Assembly: GCF_964213995.1 (NCBI RefSeq)
Contig: NC_135810.1
Location: forward strand, 87,110,001-87,174,000
Direction of reading: 5' to 3'
Source: Mustelus asterias
Lineage: Eukaryota
Length of the DNA stretch: 64,000 bases
Made by a program: the position numbers and the translations under genes. The notes beneath the pieces are model-generated. The model did not search any database. It saw only the letters and a list, made by a program, of their open reading frames with translations, and was not told the DNA's origin. Shown here one piece after another: positions 24,578 through 37,089 of this stretch (positions within the stretch are counted from its first letter, which is position 1; each line of letters begins with the position of its first letter).

Positions 24578-24730
24578 TGAAGCACAGTCCTGGGCAACAC
24601 TTCTCCTTCACCCAACACCATTAGAAATTAGATTATCCATTCATTATCTTATTAATGGGACCTTGCTGTGTGGAAATTGGCTCCTTTTAAAAAAATTTCT
24701 ATAAAAAAAGTGGTGCCATTTCTATTGGAC
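24578..24730 (+). mobile_element. Deu-domain SINE remnant, inverted partner of the previous copy
   Basis: gtcctgggcaaca..gattatc..ccttgctgtgtggaaattggct. Confidence 0.65.
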
Positions 24731-25779
24731 ACTGCGATACTATAATGAGAGACGGAGGGCCAGTGGACCCATCTTATATTGGTGGCTTCACCTTCCATTT
24801 TATGGCCAGGGAAAATCGAGGACTCACTGGAATGCAAATAGCAGTTACACGTTCAAAGACTAAAAGGCCAGTTTGCAATTTACTAAGATAACAAAACAAC
24901 ACGAAGGTGACTGGGCAACTTCAGATTTGTGCCACTGGTTTGTAATGCAGATAATGTAATGAAGCTGTAACATCAGGCAATCTCCCTGAAGCAATCTCAC
25001 ATGCTCTGCATGTGGCGTTCACGCCATAATTACGGTATGCGGATTGTATCAGGAACAAAAGCAACACTACACCACCTCGGCACAAATCATGTAGTGTGAC
25101 TAGAATTATTAATTCCACTGTTAAAAGATCAACAAGCCATTGCCTCTTTATAGCACACTTATATATTCACATTGGGTGGAATTAATTGAATCTGTTCACA
25201 CAACAGGTTATATTTCGCTGTAGAATGAATCACCGCTGTTCTAGTTGTGCTTGAAATTGTGTTTATTACTCTGTGCTGAATTGCTCTAAGTGGGGTTAAA
25301 GAATGCAAATGGCTAACGTTTAGCGGTAAACATGACTGCGTTCTAACCATAACCCTTCCTACATTTATTTTGGATGGAATAAATTCATCCTTCACTGTGT
25401 AAAGTGTGTTTCACTTTGGCTGAAGAACTGCATGCCATCTATAATTGAAGAAGTAATTCAAATTATATGTACAGTAACATTCATGCATTGTCTAAATTCC
25501 TCCCTCTATCCTCCCTCTGAAATGTACTGATGATATACAGGGCACACTGGCACTACATCATAGTCAAGGGCTAAAAGCGTTGAATATTAGACAAACAAGC
25601 ACCAGCTGAGATTAACAGGGTACCCAGTTCATGAACCAGATGTTGAGCCGATTCTCTGGTTGTTATTAAATAAGATTAGTTCATATGAGTATGGCAATTA
25701 TACCTCTATTGGCACAGTCCATTGGATCTGGAAAACAGAGCTTGTTCAACATTAAGTAGCAAGGACATTTATTACACTC

Positions 25780-25948
25780 TGCACCTCGCTTTCTGCCCTT
25801 AAGAGACTGAGAATACAAACCTACCTTTTTGACCAAGCTTTTAGTCAGCTTGCCTCCATCTCCTGTGTGTTTTATAATTCTCCTGTCAAGCACTTTGGGA
25901 TGTTTCATGAGTTGAAATGGCTATACAAATGTAAATTGTGGTTGTTGG
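25780..25948 (+). mobile_element. L2-type LINE 3' tail
   Basis: aaacctacctttttgaccaagctttt..ctcctgtcaagcactttgggatgttt..ctatacaaatgtaaattgtggttgttg. Confidence 0.6.
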
Positions 25949-26164
25949 TGGTTCCCAGCTGCAAACGTTGCCAGTTTAAGTGTGTATATATCAGTTTCTC
26001 TTCAACTGCAGTGAAGGGGGACATTTTGCCTCTGCTGAAGAAAAATCAGCCACAATGGCTGTGAAAACTGGCCAGCTCTTATCCTGACATTTATGCCAGA
26101 GTCATGCACTCATCAAGGAAGAACACCACTCACGAACAGGGAAACAGGGTTAAACCATTTAGCA

Positions 26165-26333
26165 GAACAATGCTGGAAAACCTCAGCAGGTCTGACAGCA
26201 GAGCCAACATTTCGAGTCTAGTTGACCCTTCATCAGAGCTGAGAGGTCATCTAGACTCGAAACGTTGACTCTATTCTCTCTGCACAGATGCTGTCAGACC
26301 TGCTGAGATTTTCCAGCATTTTTCTGTTTTTGT
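26165..26333. mobile_element. Penelope family B fold-back element
   Basis: Palindromic arms tgctggaaaacctcagcaggtctgacagca / tgctgtcagacctgctgagattttccagca around a centre at about 26238. Confidence 0.8.
26201..26240 (-). ncRNA. Minimal hammerhead ribozyme motif
   Basis: Minus strand agcu-CUGAUGA-A-GGGUC-aacua-GACUC-GAAA-UG-UU-ggcu: core intact, stems I and II pair. Confidence 0.65.
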
Positions 26334-26335
26334 TG

Positions 26336-27177
26336 GGGGTGATCTTGAGCCTGCATTCTCCATCTGCGGGAATGGCGGTGGCGAAACCCGGGAATCATGA
26401 ATCCCATAACGGGCATGAACCTGATTTTAATGCATTTAAGCAAAGCTACATATCATTAAAAAAAAACCCTCGCCACATAACGCCCCCCCCCCCCTCCCCC
26501 CCCGCCATATTTTCAAACCTCATCGTTGTGACGCCACGTCAGCACGGTTTGCAACAGGCTCACCCAGGCTTGAACCTGTCATCGGGATCCCCCTGGGGGC
26601 ACAAAGATTGGTATAGCCCCCCAGGGAGAGGGGCATGACCAGGCAGTGCCTTGTCAATGCCCCCAGCACTGAACCTGGCACAGGTTGACACTGGAAGGTT
26701 GGAACCATGCCAACCTGGCAATGCCTCCTGTGCTTGGGGGCAGTGCCAGGGGTGGACCCTAGTGGGAGCCTCAAGTGGAGGGAATAATTTCTACATAGTG
26801 GTGGGGTGGGGATGCCACCGATGGCTGTTTTGGGGGGGGGGGGGGGGTCCAATGCTGGCGATACTCAGGGGAAGGAGGGTGGGTGCCAGCATTGACTATT
26901 GAGGGGGTGCGGGGGTAGAGAGAGGGTAATGCTGCCATTGATCGCTGAGGGAGGGAACCTGGCTTTGATTGAGGGTGGGGGTGAGAGGGGGTGAGGCAGT
27001 AAGGGGAGCTCCTGAGACCTCAGTGGTGAGGTGGGGAACGTTATTTGTTTCCTCTGATCCGTGCGCTGTTCTCTGTGCAGTGAAACACGCCCCCTGTTTT
27101 TTTATGACAAAGTGTCTTACGATCTCGAGAGAAAACAGGCTTGTTTCTCTGGAAAGAAACACACTGGTTTTCAGTCA
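26336..27177. mobile_element. Harbinger-type MITE or terminal region
   Basis: ggggtgatctt start, GC-rich gcagtgccaggg blocks as in the other MITEs; cut by CR1 at 27177. Confidence 0.6.
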
Positions 27178-27445
27178 GAACAAAGAACAAAGAGCAAAGA
27201 AAATTACAGCACAGGAACAGGCCCTTCGGCCCCCCAAGTCTGCACTAGCCATGCTACCCGTGTGAACTAAAACCCCCTACCCTTCCGGGGACCATATCCC
27301 TCTATTCCCATCCTATTCATATATTTGTCCAGATACCCCTTAAAAGTCACTATTGTATCTGCTTCCACTACCTCTCCAGACAGCTAGTTCCAGGCACCCA
27401 CCACCCTCTGTGTAAAAAATTTGCCTCGTACATCTTCTCTAAACC
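27177..27445 (-). mobile_element. CR1 LINE 3' end
   Basis: (agaacaa)n tail; FREDVRGKFFTQRVVGAWN. Confidence 0.9.
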
Positions 27446-28399
27446 CTGTCAGACCCTGGCACTCTGCCATTCTTCCACAGTGTATTGCACTGAGACCATT
27501 CCATGTGGACTCGCAGCAGGCGGTCATTATTGAACTAACCATACTTACACCTCCCAAACAGTGAGGGCAGCAGAGAGGGCAATATAACAACCTGCTCATA
27601 TCATGCAATATGCTCCACTCTCTCCCCACCTAAGAAAACATATCGATCGCTACTTTCATGGTCAGGGCGTGGAAGCGGTATGATCAGACAATGCTGGAGA
27701 GTGATGACGACTTACAGTGAGGACACAACAATGCTCCTCTTATCCTCAGAGACTGTCGGACTCCTGCCTGACAGAGAGCTGAACGCGCCCTGTCACTGAA
27801 TAGGGTGATGAGAGGCTGAATGACATATCTCAGCTGCTATTGCCTCCCCCAAGGTCAGGGGTCACGGTGTGTGTCTCTCGCTACTGAGGAGGTGGACAGA
27901 CTTTCACGAGCTTTCAACCAATGTCTTCTTCCTGGTGAAAGGAAGCTGGGAGATCTGAGAGGCCTGAGCGATGCTCGGGGGTGGGGTGGGGTGAGGTGGG
28001 TGGGTAGTGTTGGTGGTTGGCAGCGGGCAGTGCCAGGATCATCTCGGGTTTACAGCATCGCCACAGTGGGAGGGAGGTGAGCCATTGAGATGGATGATAT
28101 GCGTTGTTGTGCGGAGCTTTCCAGAGAATGACACAATGAGGGCGAGGAGGCACTTTATAGATGATCAATGTGACGCTTGTTACATTTGATCGTTCCAACA
28201 CTCGTGATTTATCTCTACTCGTGCCTAAGTTCACCCGTACCCACAATATCACTAACTTTCCTTTGCCTTCCTCACCCTCCCACTACATCTGGTTTTATCT
28301 CCAGAATCCACAGCTGGGGGATGAGGCGGCCAGCTGACTGCCAAGCTGGTGAGGCTCCAGGCCTGTTTTCGGGCAGCACGGGTCTTGCATGGCTGCCTT

Positions 28400-29895
28400 C
28401 CCCCCTGTGTGCAGGACTGGAGGTGTGTCGCTCACACGGAGCGGAGTGACAGATGGGCTGGACATCCCAGGTCCTCCTGGATGGAAGGCCCTGGGCCGTG
28501 CGCCTGCCAATCCTCCTCCCTTTGGGTACCCTAGGGCCTCTGAGCTCCTCCATGAAATAGTGTGGCAGCTGGAGTGAGGTCCAGAAGCCCTGCCATCCTC
28601 TGACACCTGTGGATTCCCACAAGTTCTTGAACCATGAAGTCAAAGCTGTGCACCATGGAGCTCATGCACTCCGCCATGGAGTGCATGTCATACACCAAGG
28701 TCTCTACTTCAGATGCCAACCACGCAGTGTTGGTCCGATTGCCTCAGAGTGCCAGTAACATCTCCTCAGACTGAAGGTGATGGGGCTCCCCCAGACAGCC
28801 TCGCAATCCAAGGAGGGATGATGACCTCCCTTCCTGATACTCGTGACTCTGTCTTTGCAGCTCCAGCAGCTGGATGTATTGAGAGTTTGCACTTTTGTCT
28901 CTTGCCCCCACCTCACCCTCTGCACAGGTGAAATCCTGCTCCTTGCCAGCCAACTCAAGGGCTCTTTCCTCAAACAGGGTGAGGATTTTGACTTGGGCAT
29001 CACTCCAGCATCCTGTGCCCATTCACGTTGGTTTTGCTCGAGTTTGTCATGCAGTGAGACAGATGGGGAGAGTGCAGGCAGGAGTTGTGCCGTGCCAGAT
29101 GGTGATGAAGTCTGGCATGCATGGGAGGTGAGTGGGAGCAGGGATGTGAGGAGCAGAAGAACTACTGGGGGTGGGGGGGGGGGGGGGGGGGGAGGGGGCG
29201 GTGAGTAATGGGGTTTGGGTGGATGAGGGGTGGGAGGGCAGCGTGACAAGTGTTGGGACCCTGTAAGGTGACTGGGTGAGAACTCCCCAAGGAGGCATGA
29301 TTGGTGTGTTAAGGGATGCAGCAGGAGACATGAAGAGGCACAGTGGCACAGTGGTTAGCACAGCTGCCTCACAGCGCCAGGGACCAGAGTTCAATTCCGT
29401 CCTCGGATCACTGTCTGTGTGGAGTTTGCACGTTCTCCCCATGTCTGCGTGGGTTTCCTCCAGGTGCTCTGGTTTCCTCCCACTGTCCAAAGATGTGTGG
29501 GTTAGGTTGATTGTCCATGCTAAATTAACCCTAGTGTCAGGGAGATTAGCAGAGTAAATATGTAGGGCTATGGGAATAGGGCCTGGTGGGATTGTGGTTG
29601 ATGCAGACTCGATGGGCCAAATGGCCTCCTTCTGCACTGTAGGGATTCTATGATTCTATAATTCTACTTACCCTGGCTGCATGAAGAAGGTCATCCATCT
29701 TCTTCCAGCACTGTGGCCCCATTGTCTTATAGAGTGAGCAGACACTCACTATGGAGGCCACATTCTCCCAGGCAGGACTGGTCACTTTGCTGGTTGGATG
29801 TCTGCCTGACTGCGAATGCAGGTTGTCATGCTGGACACCATCTAGAAGGTGAAGGCTCCCCGTGTGAAACATAGTGCTGACTTCCTGGCAGCCAT
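28400..29895 (-). pseudogene. Harbinger partner gene (Myb/SANT-like DNA-binding protein), spliced and decayed
   Basis: Exon 29895-29672 MAARKS..LLDGV..AWENVASIVS....QCWKKMDDLLHAAR followed by GTAAGT; next exon about 29050-28900 DKLEQNQRE..LTLFEERALELAG; helical tail ETLVYDMHSMAECMSSM. Confidence 0.8.
29335..29665 (+). mobile_element. HE1-type V-SINE inside intron 1 of the Myb/SANT remnant
   Basis: Full head, V-domain and (gattctat)n tail abutting the splice donor. Confidence 0.95.
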
Positions 29896-30974
29896 TCCCC
29901 CGACTGGACTTGGAACAAGTGCTGGGAAGGTGTTTAAAAGGAGCGGCCCACTGATTGCAGAGGTTCTACAGGGCAAGCCAATCAGAGGCAGGCTACCATG
30001 GGTGCAGTATGAGACTTGTGAAAATTGTTTTCCCCAGAAGTTGCTGTGTATATGATGATTTTCTTGGCTGTTTGCTGCTACAGGCTTCTCTCCAGGTCTC
30101 TCGCTGAGACCAAGACTTAGAAAAGGAATTGGAAAATTCCACACATCGTCTAAGGTGGAGTTTTATACTTTCAGATTTTTCAAACATTTAAAAATTGATT
30201 AAGATAATTTGAGATAACTTTCTTTACCCATTTATCAGTCTATTTTATTATCTTTCTTGCCCTCTCTTTTCTTTGCTCTTTGTACCTGATCTGACATTGA
30301 ATTCACTGGTGCAGACTCTCTGTACTGCTCATTAGCAAATCTGATTGGGGAATTGTTAAGTTAAAACTGCACGTTTTCAATATTTGGTTGACAGGACCTT
30401 CCTGAGTTATAAACCGATGGCGAGTCTATGGGAAAAGTGCAAAAGCAATGAATGGCCAGTACCACTCATTCCTGCATTCCATTCACAAAATCCGACAAAT
30501 TATCAATCAGCCAAACCTATCTCAGTGATGTATAATTTACAAAGCATTTGTGATCTATAGTTACACAGCAAATGGTGCTTGATTGATTTGTAATAATGAA
30601 AATGGGTGTTCATCAATAATCCATCATCATATAACAGAGTTGCATCAATGTTCTCGAATCATACAGCAGGAAGACATCAATTATCTTTTGTTATATCGCA
30701 TTGCATGTAACAATGATCTATATCCATACATCAGGGAGATAACTATTATAACAAATTTCAGTGTTGCAATGTCTGGTCCAGCAATGTCTCATATTAAAAA
30801 GTATTATCCTAAGGTTCAATTCCCTCCATGGCACTACCTCTCCCAATCTCTGTAATCCCTATCTCTGTAATCTCCTTAGCCTGACAACCCTCCAAGCATT
30901 TGGCTTCCTCCAGTTCTGGGCCTCCTGTATATCTTGATTTAAGTAGCTCACTATCAGTGGTCATGCCTATTATG

Positions 30975-31092
30975 GTGGAGATGCCGGCATTGGACTGGGG
31001 TGGGCACGTTAAAGTCCATAAAGGAGCGCTCCGAAAGCTCGTGATTCCAAATAACCCGTTGGACTTTAACCTGGTGTTGTGAAACTTCTTAC
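30975..31092. mobile_element. Penelope family A short insertion inside an L2-type remnant
   Basis: gtggagatgccggcattggactgggg..ggagcgctccgaaagctcgtga..aacctggtgttgtga; 13-bp TSD catgcctattatg / catgcttattatg. Confidence 0.8.
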
Positions 31093-31103
31093 CATGCTTA
31101 TTA

Positions 31104-31304
31104 TGTTTGAGGTCTGATATTGAAGACTAATAAGAAGGTCTGTAGGAATAAATTAACGGGACAGTCCGAACAGTTTATTACACGCCTCATACAGTCAGCA
31201 CCAGTCTGCCCTGGCAAGTCCCATCCTGGGTGGGGCTTGAGTACTGGGTCACCTGACTCTTACTCTTAAAGGGGCATGCCCCAATATACAAGACATACAT
31301 AACA
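31104..31304 (-). mobile_element. Short solo LTR-like element
   Basis: TGTT...AACA ends; AATAAA on the minus strand (tttatt near 31174). Confidence 0.5.
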
Positions 31305-31388
31305 ATGTCCTTAGCTATCTATTTTCTTTTCGACATGAAAGGCGCGATTTAAAAACACTTGCTGTTGTTGTTATTTGTATAAGATATT

Positions 31389-31502
31389 GGGCGGGATTTT
31401 CCAGCCATGCTCACCCCATAACCGGAAAAGCCCGCCTGAGGTCAATGGACCTTTCCATGGTCCACCCCTCACCCGCTACGGCAGAATGAGGAAATTTGCC
31501 CC
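31389..31502. mobile_element. About 115-bp MITE
   Basis: TIRs gggcgggattttcc / ggaaatttgcccc; perfect ATT TSD. Confidence 0.8.
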
Positions 31503-32214
31503 ATTCTCTTGGGTTTGGCATCATTCCCTAAATGAATTTGCACCTCCTGCAATTTTACTGCTGGGGTTATGTAGATGGAGTTTAATCATACAGTGGGGAG
31601 AGGGGTGGATGAATGCTTTCTGATGACCTGTCATAGGAATGTACCACTGTTCTATAGTGATTTAGTGTAATAGGGTGGCATGAACCTTCTGTAGTTCATA
31701 ATGAAGGGGTTACAACATTAATCTGAAATAACGTAATGGGAGAATGATTAAAAAAATCAGGAACCAAAATCAGAAAAAGATCAGAAAAAGCAGGGATTAC
31801 GCAAATGATCTTCAATCATGTAGGAGGGAATGCATCAAGATCCATAACCATATGTCAGGGATTACATTTATAGTGTGTGTACAACGAGGGATGTACCAGT
31901 GATTTATAATCATAAGGCAGGGATGTACTGTCTAATTTTTGCCAGACCTGACCTTTCCATCTTTTTCTCTGCTTAGTTTGCTACTTTTCCCTCAACATTT
32001 TGGGTCTTCTGGCCCAGTCCTAGAAATATTTTTGTTGTTAAAAGTTTGCCTCTCCCTTTCTCTCCATCTTGTTTTTGTGCTGCCTATCCCGGCCATTGTC
32101 ACCAATCCAGCATCTCCCCTTTATTGCTGACAATGACTCACTGTCACTTCTCCCTTCCAGCCCCTCTCCCGTGTCACTGAGCCTGGCCACCACCAGCCCT
32201 CTTCCCCCTGAGTG

Positions 32215-32668
32215 CATACAAGGACCCCAGTCACCCCGGAGATACTGGCCGGAATTTTACCGGCACGCCCGCCCCGAATCCGGGAGCGGGTGAGGCTCGG
32301 AGAACAGCATTCTCCGTTGACCTTGGATGGGATCATACAAACCTCGGGCGGACGTGCCGATAAAATTCCATCCACTTCCTTCCGTCCATCCTTCTTCCGT
32401 TGGGAAAAAGATACAAAGTCTGAGGTCACGTACCAGCCGACTCAAGAACAGTTTCTTCCCTGCTGCCATCAGACTTTTGAATGGACCTACTTTGCGCTAA
32501 GCTGGTCCTTCTCTACACCCTAGCTATGACTGTAACACTACATTCTGCACTATCTCCTTTCCTTCTCTATGAACGGTACGCTTTGTCCATATAGCGTGTA
32601 AGAAACAATACTTTTCACTGTATGCTAATACATGTGACAATAAACAAAATCAAATCAAATCCAATCAA
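32215..32668 (+). mobile_element. Rex1/Babar LINE 3' end interrupted by a MITE
   Basis: KDPSHPG...RTSRLKNSFFPAAIRLLN; collinear with 59265-59573; (aaatc)n tail. Confidence 0.85.
32247..32373. mobile_element. 127-bp MITE
   Basis: TIRs of about 30 bp, ggccggaattttaccggcacgcccgccc / gggcggacgtgccgataaaattccatcc; perfect ACT TSD. Confidence 0.88.
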
Positions 32669-33214
32669 ACAACTCACAGCATACTGAGCATCAGGCAGTT
32701 CATCTACCATGGAATTGTTGTATACATCATATCCGTACACCACTCAATACATTCAAAAATGGATATCTCAGGGAGAAATACATGCACACTGCTCTATTAC
32801 CTGGGTATCTACTGCACAACTATGGACAATTAAAAAAGAACAAAATGTCAAGTGTCCATAATTCCATTTACCTCTTATGCCATATTTATCAACTTTTGTG
32901 GGGCAATTCTGAAGGGATGGTCAACACCTATTTCCTCAAAGATAGGAAGTGGAGGTAATGTGATTGCACAGAGCGGAAGGGGACCTCTCCAATTGTGTTG
33001 ATAGATGTGAATTGAGTTGGCCTGCTGAAATTGTTCAGAGTCAGACAAAAGAAAGTCTGTTTTTTTTGTGGTTTAATTTCTTCAGGTTATCTTGTTCATT
33101 TTAATCTCTATGTAGTGAATGTAGCTTCATTACAGTGGCAGCTGCTACTGGTCACTCTTTGGTGTACAATGGTTGGGAAAATCTAACGTAATGTCTCAGG
33201 ACTACACAAATCTT

Positions 33215-33700
33215 GGCTGGGATTCACCGGCCCGCTAGCCACTGCCAGGAATCCTGGCGGCCCGTTGAACCAAATGTCGGACCTAAAACGGGATTCCCAC
33301 CAGGTGGCAAGCCCATTGTGACTCACCTGGCCCGCCTCGCCCGGCCGACCACAATGAGGTTTCCGCCTGGAGCGAGCGAGAACTGATGAATACGCAGCAA
33401 TCCTAATATCCATGTAATTAGTGGGCTGGAAGCCCAATTCAATGTCCTCCCATGTTGCACCTCTCCCCCAAGTGGGAAGTTCACCAGGCATGCTTTGGTG
33501 CAGGTCCTGACAAATGTGGACCTGGCACCTTGTACGCTGAGGGGTGAGGCAAGGAAGGGGCAAAGAAGTTATGGTGTGCCCATGTTTCCCTCTGTCACTT
33601 CAGGCTGCAGAGAGAGTGTCCTGCAAGGGCCCTGGGATTGGATGGGCTCGGGGTGGGGGAAAGGTCTTGACCTCAGGACTCTCACCCGGGATGGGAATCT
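33215..33700. mobile_element. Harbinger-type terminal fragment
   Basis: ggctgggattcaccggc start and CpG-rich subterminal region; other end not found. Confidence 0.45.
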
Positions 33701-34414
33701 CATGGCTGCACTTGCTCTTATTGCCCTGTCCAGTTTCAGGATGGTGAATTCTGGGGTAAGATATTTATTATTGCCTCTGTCTTCTGAAACCTTTGTAGTG
33801 CCCTGCTCACTTTGACATCCATGTCCCTTGGACACCTGCAAGCCTACAAAATCGCTGCAGCATTCCATTATAGGGATTGGCCCTGGTGTTAAATGCCCTC
33901 TTTAAACTGCTCTTGTAGAAATGATCTGTCAGGATTACCTGGGAGAACCCCTTGCTTTCTCTCATAACCAACAGCTGCTTTGAAACCCCTTTGAAGTGCT
34001 TTGATGGTCAGTTTCACCGGAGAGTTCCCTTTTAACATTGGAAGGTTAGAATCTGGTGACGGCATCTTTTAAAGTGGTTTGATTGGCAAGTATGGATTAC
34101 TTACCCACTAGCAAAGAGCCTTGTTTGTTTTTCTTACCCTTCACACTTGATTTCATATTGAGTGCTTTGTAAACATTGCAGTTAGAAAAGAGGAAGTTAA
34201 AACTTGTAAAAGATCTAACACTCTGGTTTTCCTGCTGATGGGAGCACTTAGAGTACAAACAGGAGAATTGTGCACCTTGTCTCTCTTTGTGTAATGCCCT
34301 AGTTGATTAACCATGATTATATAACAGGGAAACAAATCAATGAACTATTGTAATACAATGAAGAACTGCATCAATAACTATTGTTGTACAATTGAGAATG
34401 TCATGACTTCTGAC

Positions 34415-35433
34415 TGTTGTAATTGTGAGGTGTATAAGATTGTTCTGTTTTGGGAACTGTCTTTAATTAAAGGTAGAGTGGGTAATGTGACCAGTTCTGA
34501 AGTCTGCTTGACAGCAAGCCTGGGTAGTTTTATTTTCAGAGATCAAAGGGGAGCCAGGTTGTTTTAGTGGGAAGAAGGCACAAGGTATTTAGGCTTGGAG
34601 ACAGTGGCGACAGCCTGTGTGCTAACAGTTGGTAGGCTGCAAGTCTCCAGAGCTCTGAAAAGTATTGAGAATTTTGGATAGTAGGCAGTTGTGCTTTAAA
34701 ATGTCAATTTTGTTCCAAGATAAAAAGGTTTGTTTCTCACAATGATTAATCAGCATATCTACCAGGATAGAAGGCCCATGTGATTCACATTATCATGGTA
34801 ATGGGCTCTGCAATGAGAAGTGTACAGAGGGAGGCATTGTGATATTGGGTTATAAGTTTTCCTAAAATATCGCTGTATATCACAGACTGGTTAGTCTGGA
34901 GAGAGAGAGTGCAGGTAGAAACCAGAAGTCTCTATGGTTCACCAGGCTGGAATGTGGGTGGAAACTCACTCTCAGATTGAAAAGACCAATTTGTTAGGAG
35001 TTAAAATTAAGCTGCAAGATTTGCATAGTGTGCATTAGAAGCATGATGCCCAGAATGACTTTCAATGTGAAGGACTGTTCTGGGGTTAGAAATTACCAGA
35101 CTAAAAAAGGAAAGTAACAGAAGTAAACTCTCCGGAGCTAAAAGCCAGTTTGGATTGATTCTGGGAGAATTGAATGACTACTTAAAGGACAGTGCAACGT
35201 ACACCTGTAAAATGTGTTTTTTTGCTTGGGTTAAGAATAAGAAAGGGGGTATTCTGTTTTGTGGTTTAAACTATAAGTTGCCTCCAAAAATAGTGTTTAA
35301 CCAATAATGCATTTAATCTTTTGTTACAGTAAACATCTTAAAACATGAAATCACGTCCTGTCAGCCATTCAGTTATTAACTGGATGTTCAAATTTATTTT
35401 TAAAAGTTATCCTTCTCTATGGAAATTGTAACA
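34415..35433 (+). mobile_element. Solo LTR of about 1 kb inserted in the minisatellite
   Basis: TGTT...AACA termini; flanks tgac/agac; minisatellite units resume on both sides. Confidence 0.7.
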
Positions 35434-37089
35434 AGACCATCATACAGTGGAGAATCTATTAAAAATAAATTGTCATAGTGTATTATTTATCAATGATGTA
35501 TCACTATATTGCGGTGGGGTGTCTAATTATTCAGTGAGAGATCCATTAAGGATCAATAATGATAGAATGTGGGGACACATCAGTAATTTGTCATTATGTG
35601 GTGAATAGAACCATCGGACCATAATCATACAGCAGAGATGCTTCTGTTATCTACGGCCATATAGCTGATATGCATTAATTATCCATAAGTGTGTTAGATT
35701 GCAACAAAAATTTGTAATCATATAGAAGGGACATACTTATATAATGCATAATCATATAGTAGTTTATCAATTATCTATGAACATAATGAATTGGTATTCA
35801 CATTTTATAGCCATATTGTCTCACTACTTGTCTATAACCACAATGTAGGAAAATGCATCAGTGACCTAGAATTGCCTCATGGCAGATACTTAAAAGATCT
35901 ATAACCATATAGCAGACATCATATAGGTGTATTACAATCACATAATGATGTATTTTCCAGTATTTAGAGGAAGTTATCAATGATATTTTGATATATATAT
36001 CAGGCAGATGCAAAAAATGATCTAGAATCATGTTGCACAGGATGCATAATGATTTACAATTAAAAATCTGAGGTATGTATCAATGACCTTATAATCTCAC
36101 AGCAAAAAGGTTATCAATAATACATTATCAGATGAGTAAATCGATGATCCATAGTGCAGAAGAATGCACCAATGTGTTATAACCACATGGTGAGGGAATG
36201 TATCCATGATTTATGCCATTGGGCGAGAGAATGTATCAATGATCTGTGGCCATATTGTGAAGGAATATGTCGGTGACCTATATCCATCTGGTGAGGGAAT
36301 ATCAATGATCTGCATAGATACGCTAAGTGAACGAATGCATCAATGATCTATCACCACAGAGCAGGGATCCACAGTCACACAGTCTGTGCTTGCAAAGTGG
36401 GGTTTGTAACTGTGATTTAGTGATTCAAACACTGTAAAATCCACCTCAGTGTCACTGATTAATGAAGTGAATCTGGAAAAGTTGCAAAATTGCAAACATG
36501 AAGTTGGGAAAATCACAAAAAAAACGACACAGTGCTCTTTAGGCTGTGCAGCTTCTCCCCCACAACAGCACCTGTGTCATTTAGAGATTGCAATAGGCCT
36601 GTTTCATTTTACCAACTGTCAAATTTAACACCCACCATGCAATGCGAGATTACTTAATACAACAGTGTGGGTGGCCCGAATTTGAAGGCTTTTTTTAAAT
36701 TAAGGAATGTCTTCCCTGCAAAGTGAAAAATATAAACAATATTTAATCTTATGTTTGTTGGAAGTATATACAGTGACTAGGGTAATGTGCTTAAGGTAAC
36801 TGGCTGGGATGTGGGGAAATGAGAGTCCAGCTTTTGAAGTAGATCAGTAGCAAATGCCATCTTCTGGACTTGTGCATGTAACACACTCAAGGAAGGATAC
36901 ATACCCACAACTCAGGGAGACACATTTTAACTATACTGAAGGAACTTACAAGAATTTCAAGGATGGTTGGTCTAAAGTTGTTGCATACGAAACTGAAAGC
37001 AGATCCAATTCATGATGCAAAATTGAAATATTATTATTTAATATTATAAATATTAGGATTGCACCAATAATGGCAAGATCATATTCATA

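Larger units (their letters stand above)
30500..36365 (+). repeat. Degenerate 34-bp minisatellite in fragments (30500-30750, 31620-31930, 34320-34410, 35435-36365)
   Basis: Unit approximately AATGTATCAATGATCTATAACCATATGGTGAGGG; unit starts at 36163, 36197, 36230, 36264, 36298. Confidence 0.7.

Noticed and set aside
35435-36365. CRISPR-like array (recurring ATCAATGATC about every 34 bp)
   Set aside because: The intervening bases are homologous between units rather than unique spacers, the repeats are degenerate, there are no cas genes, and the context is vertebrate
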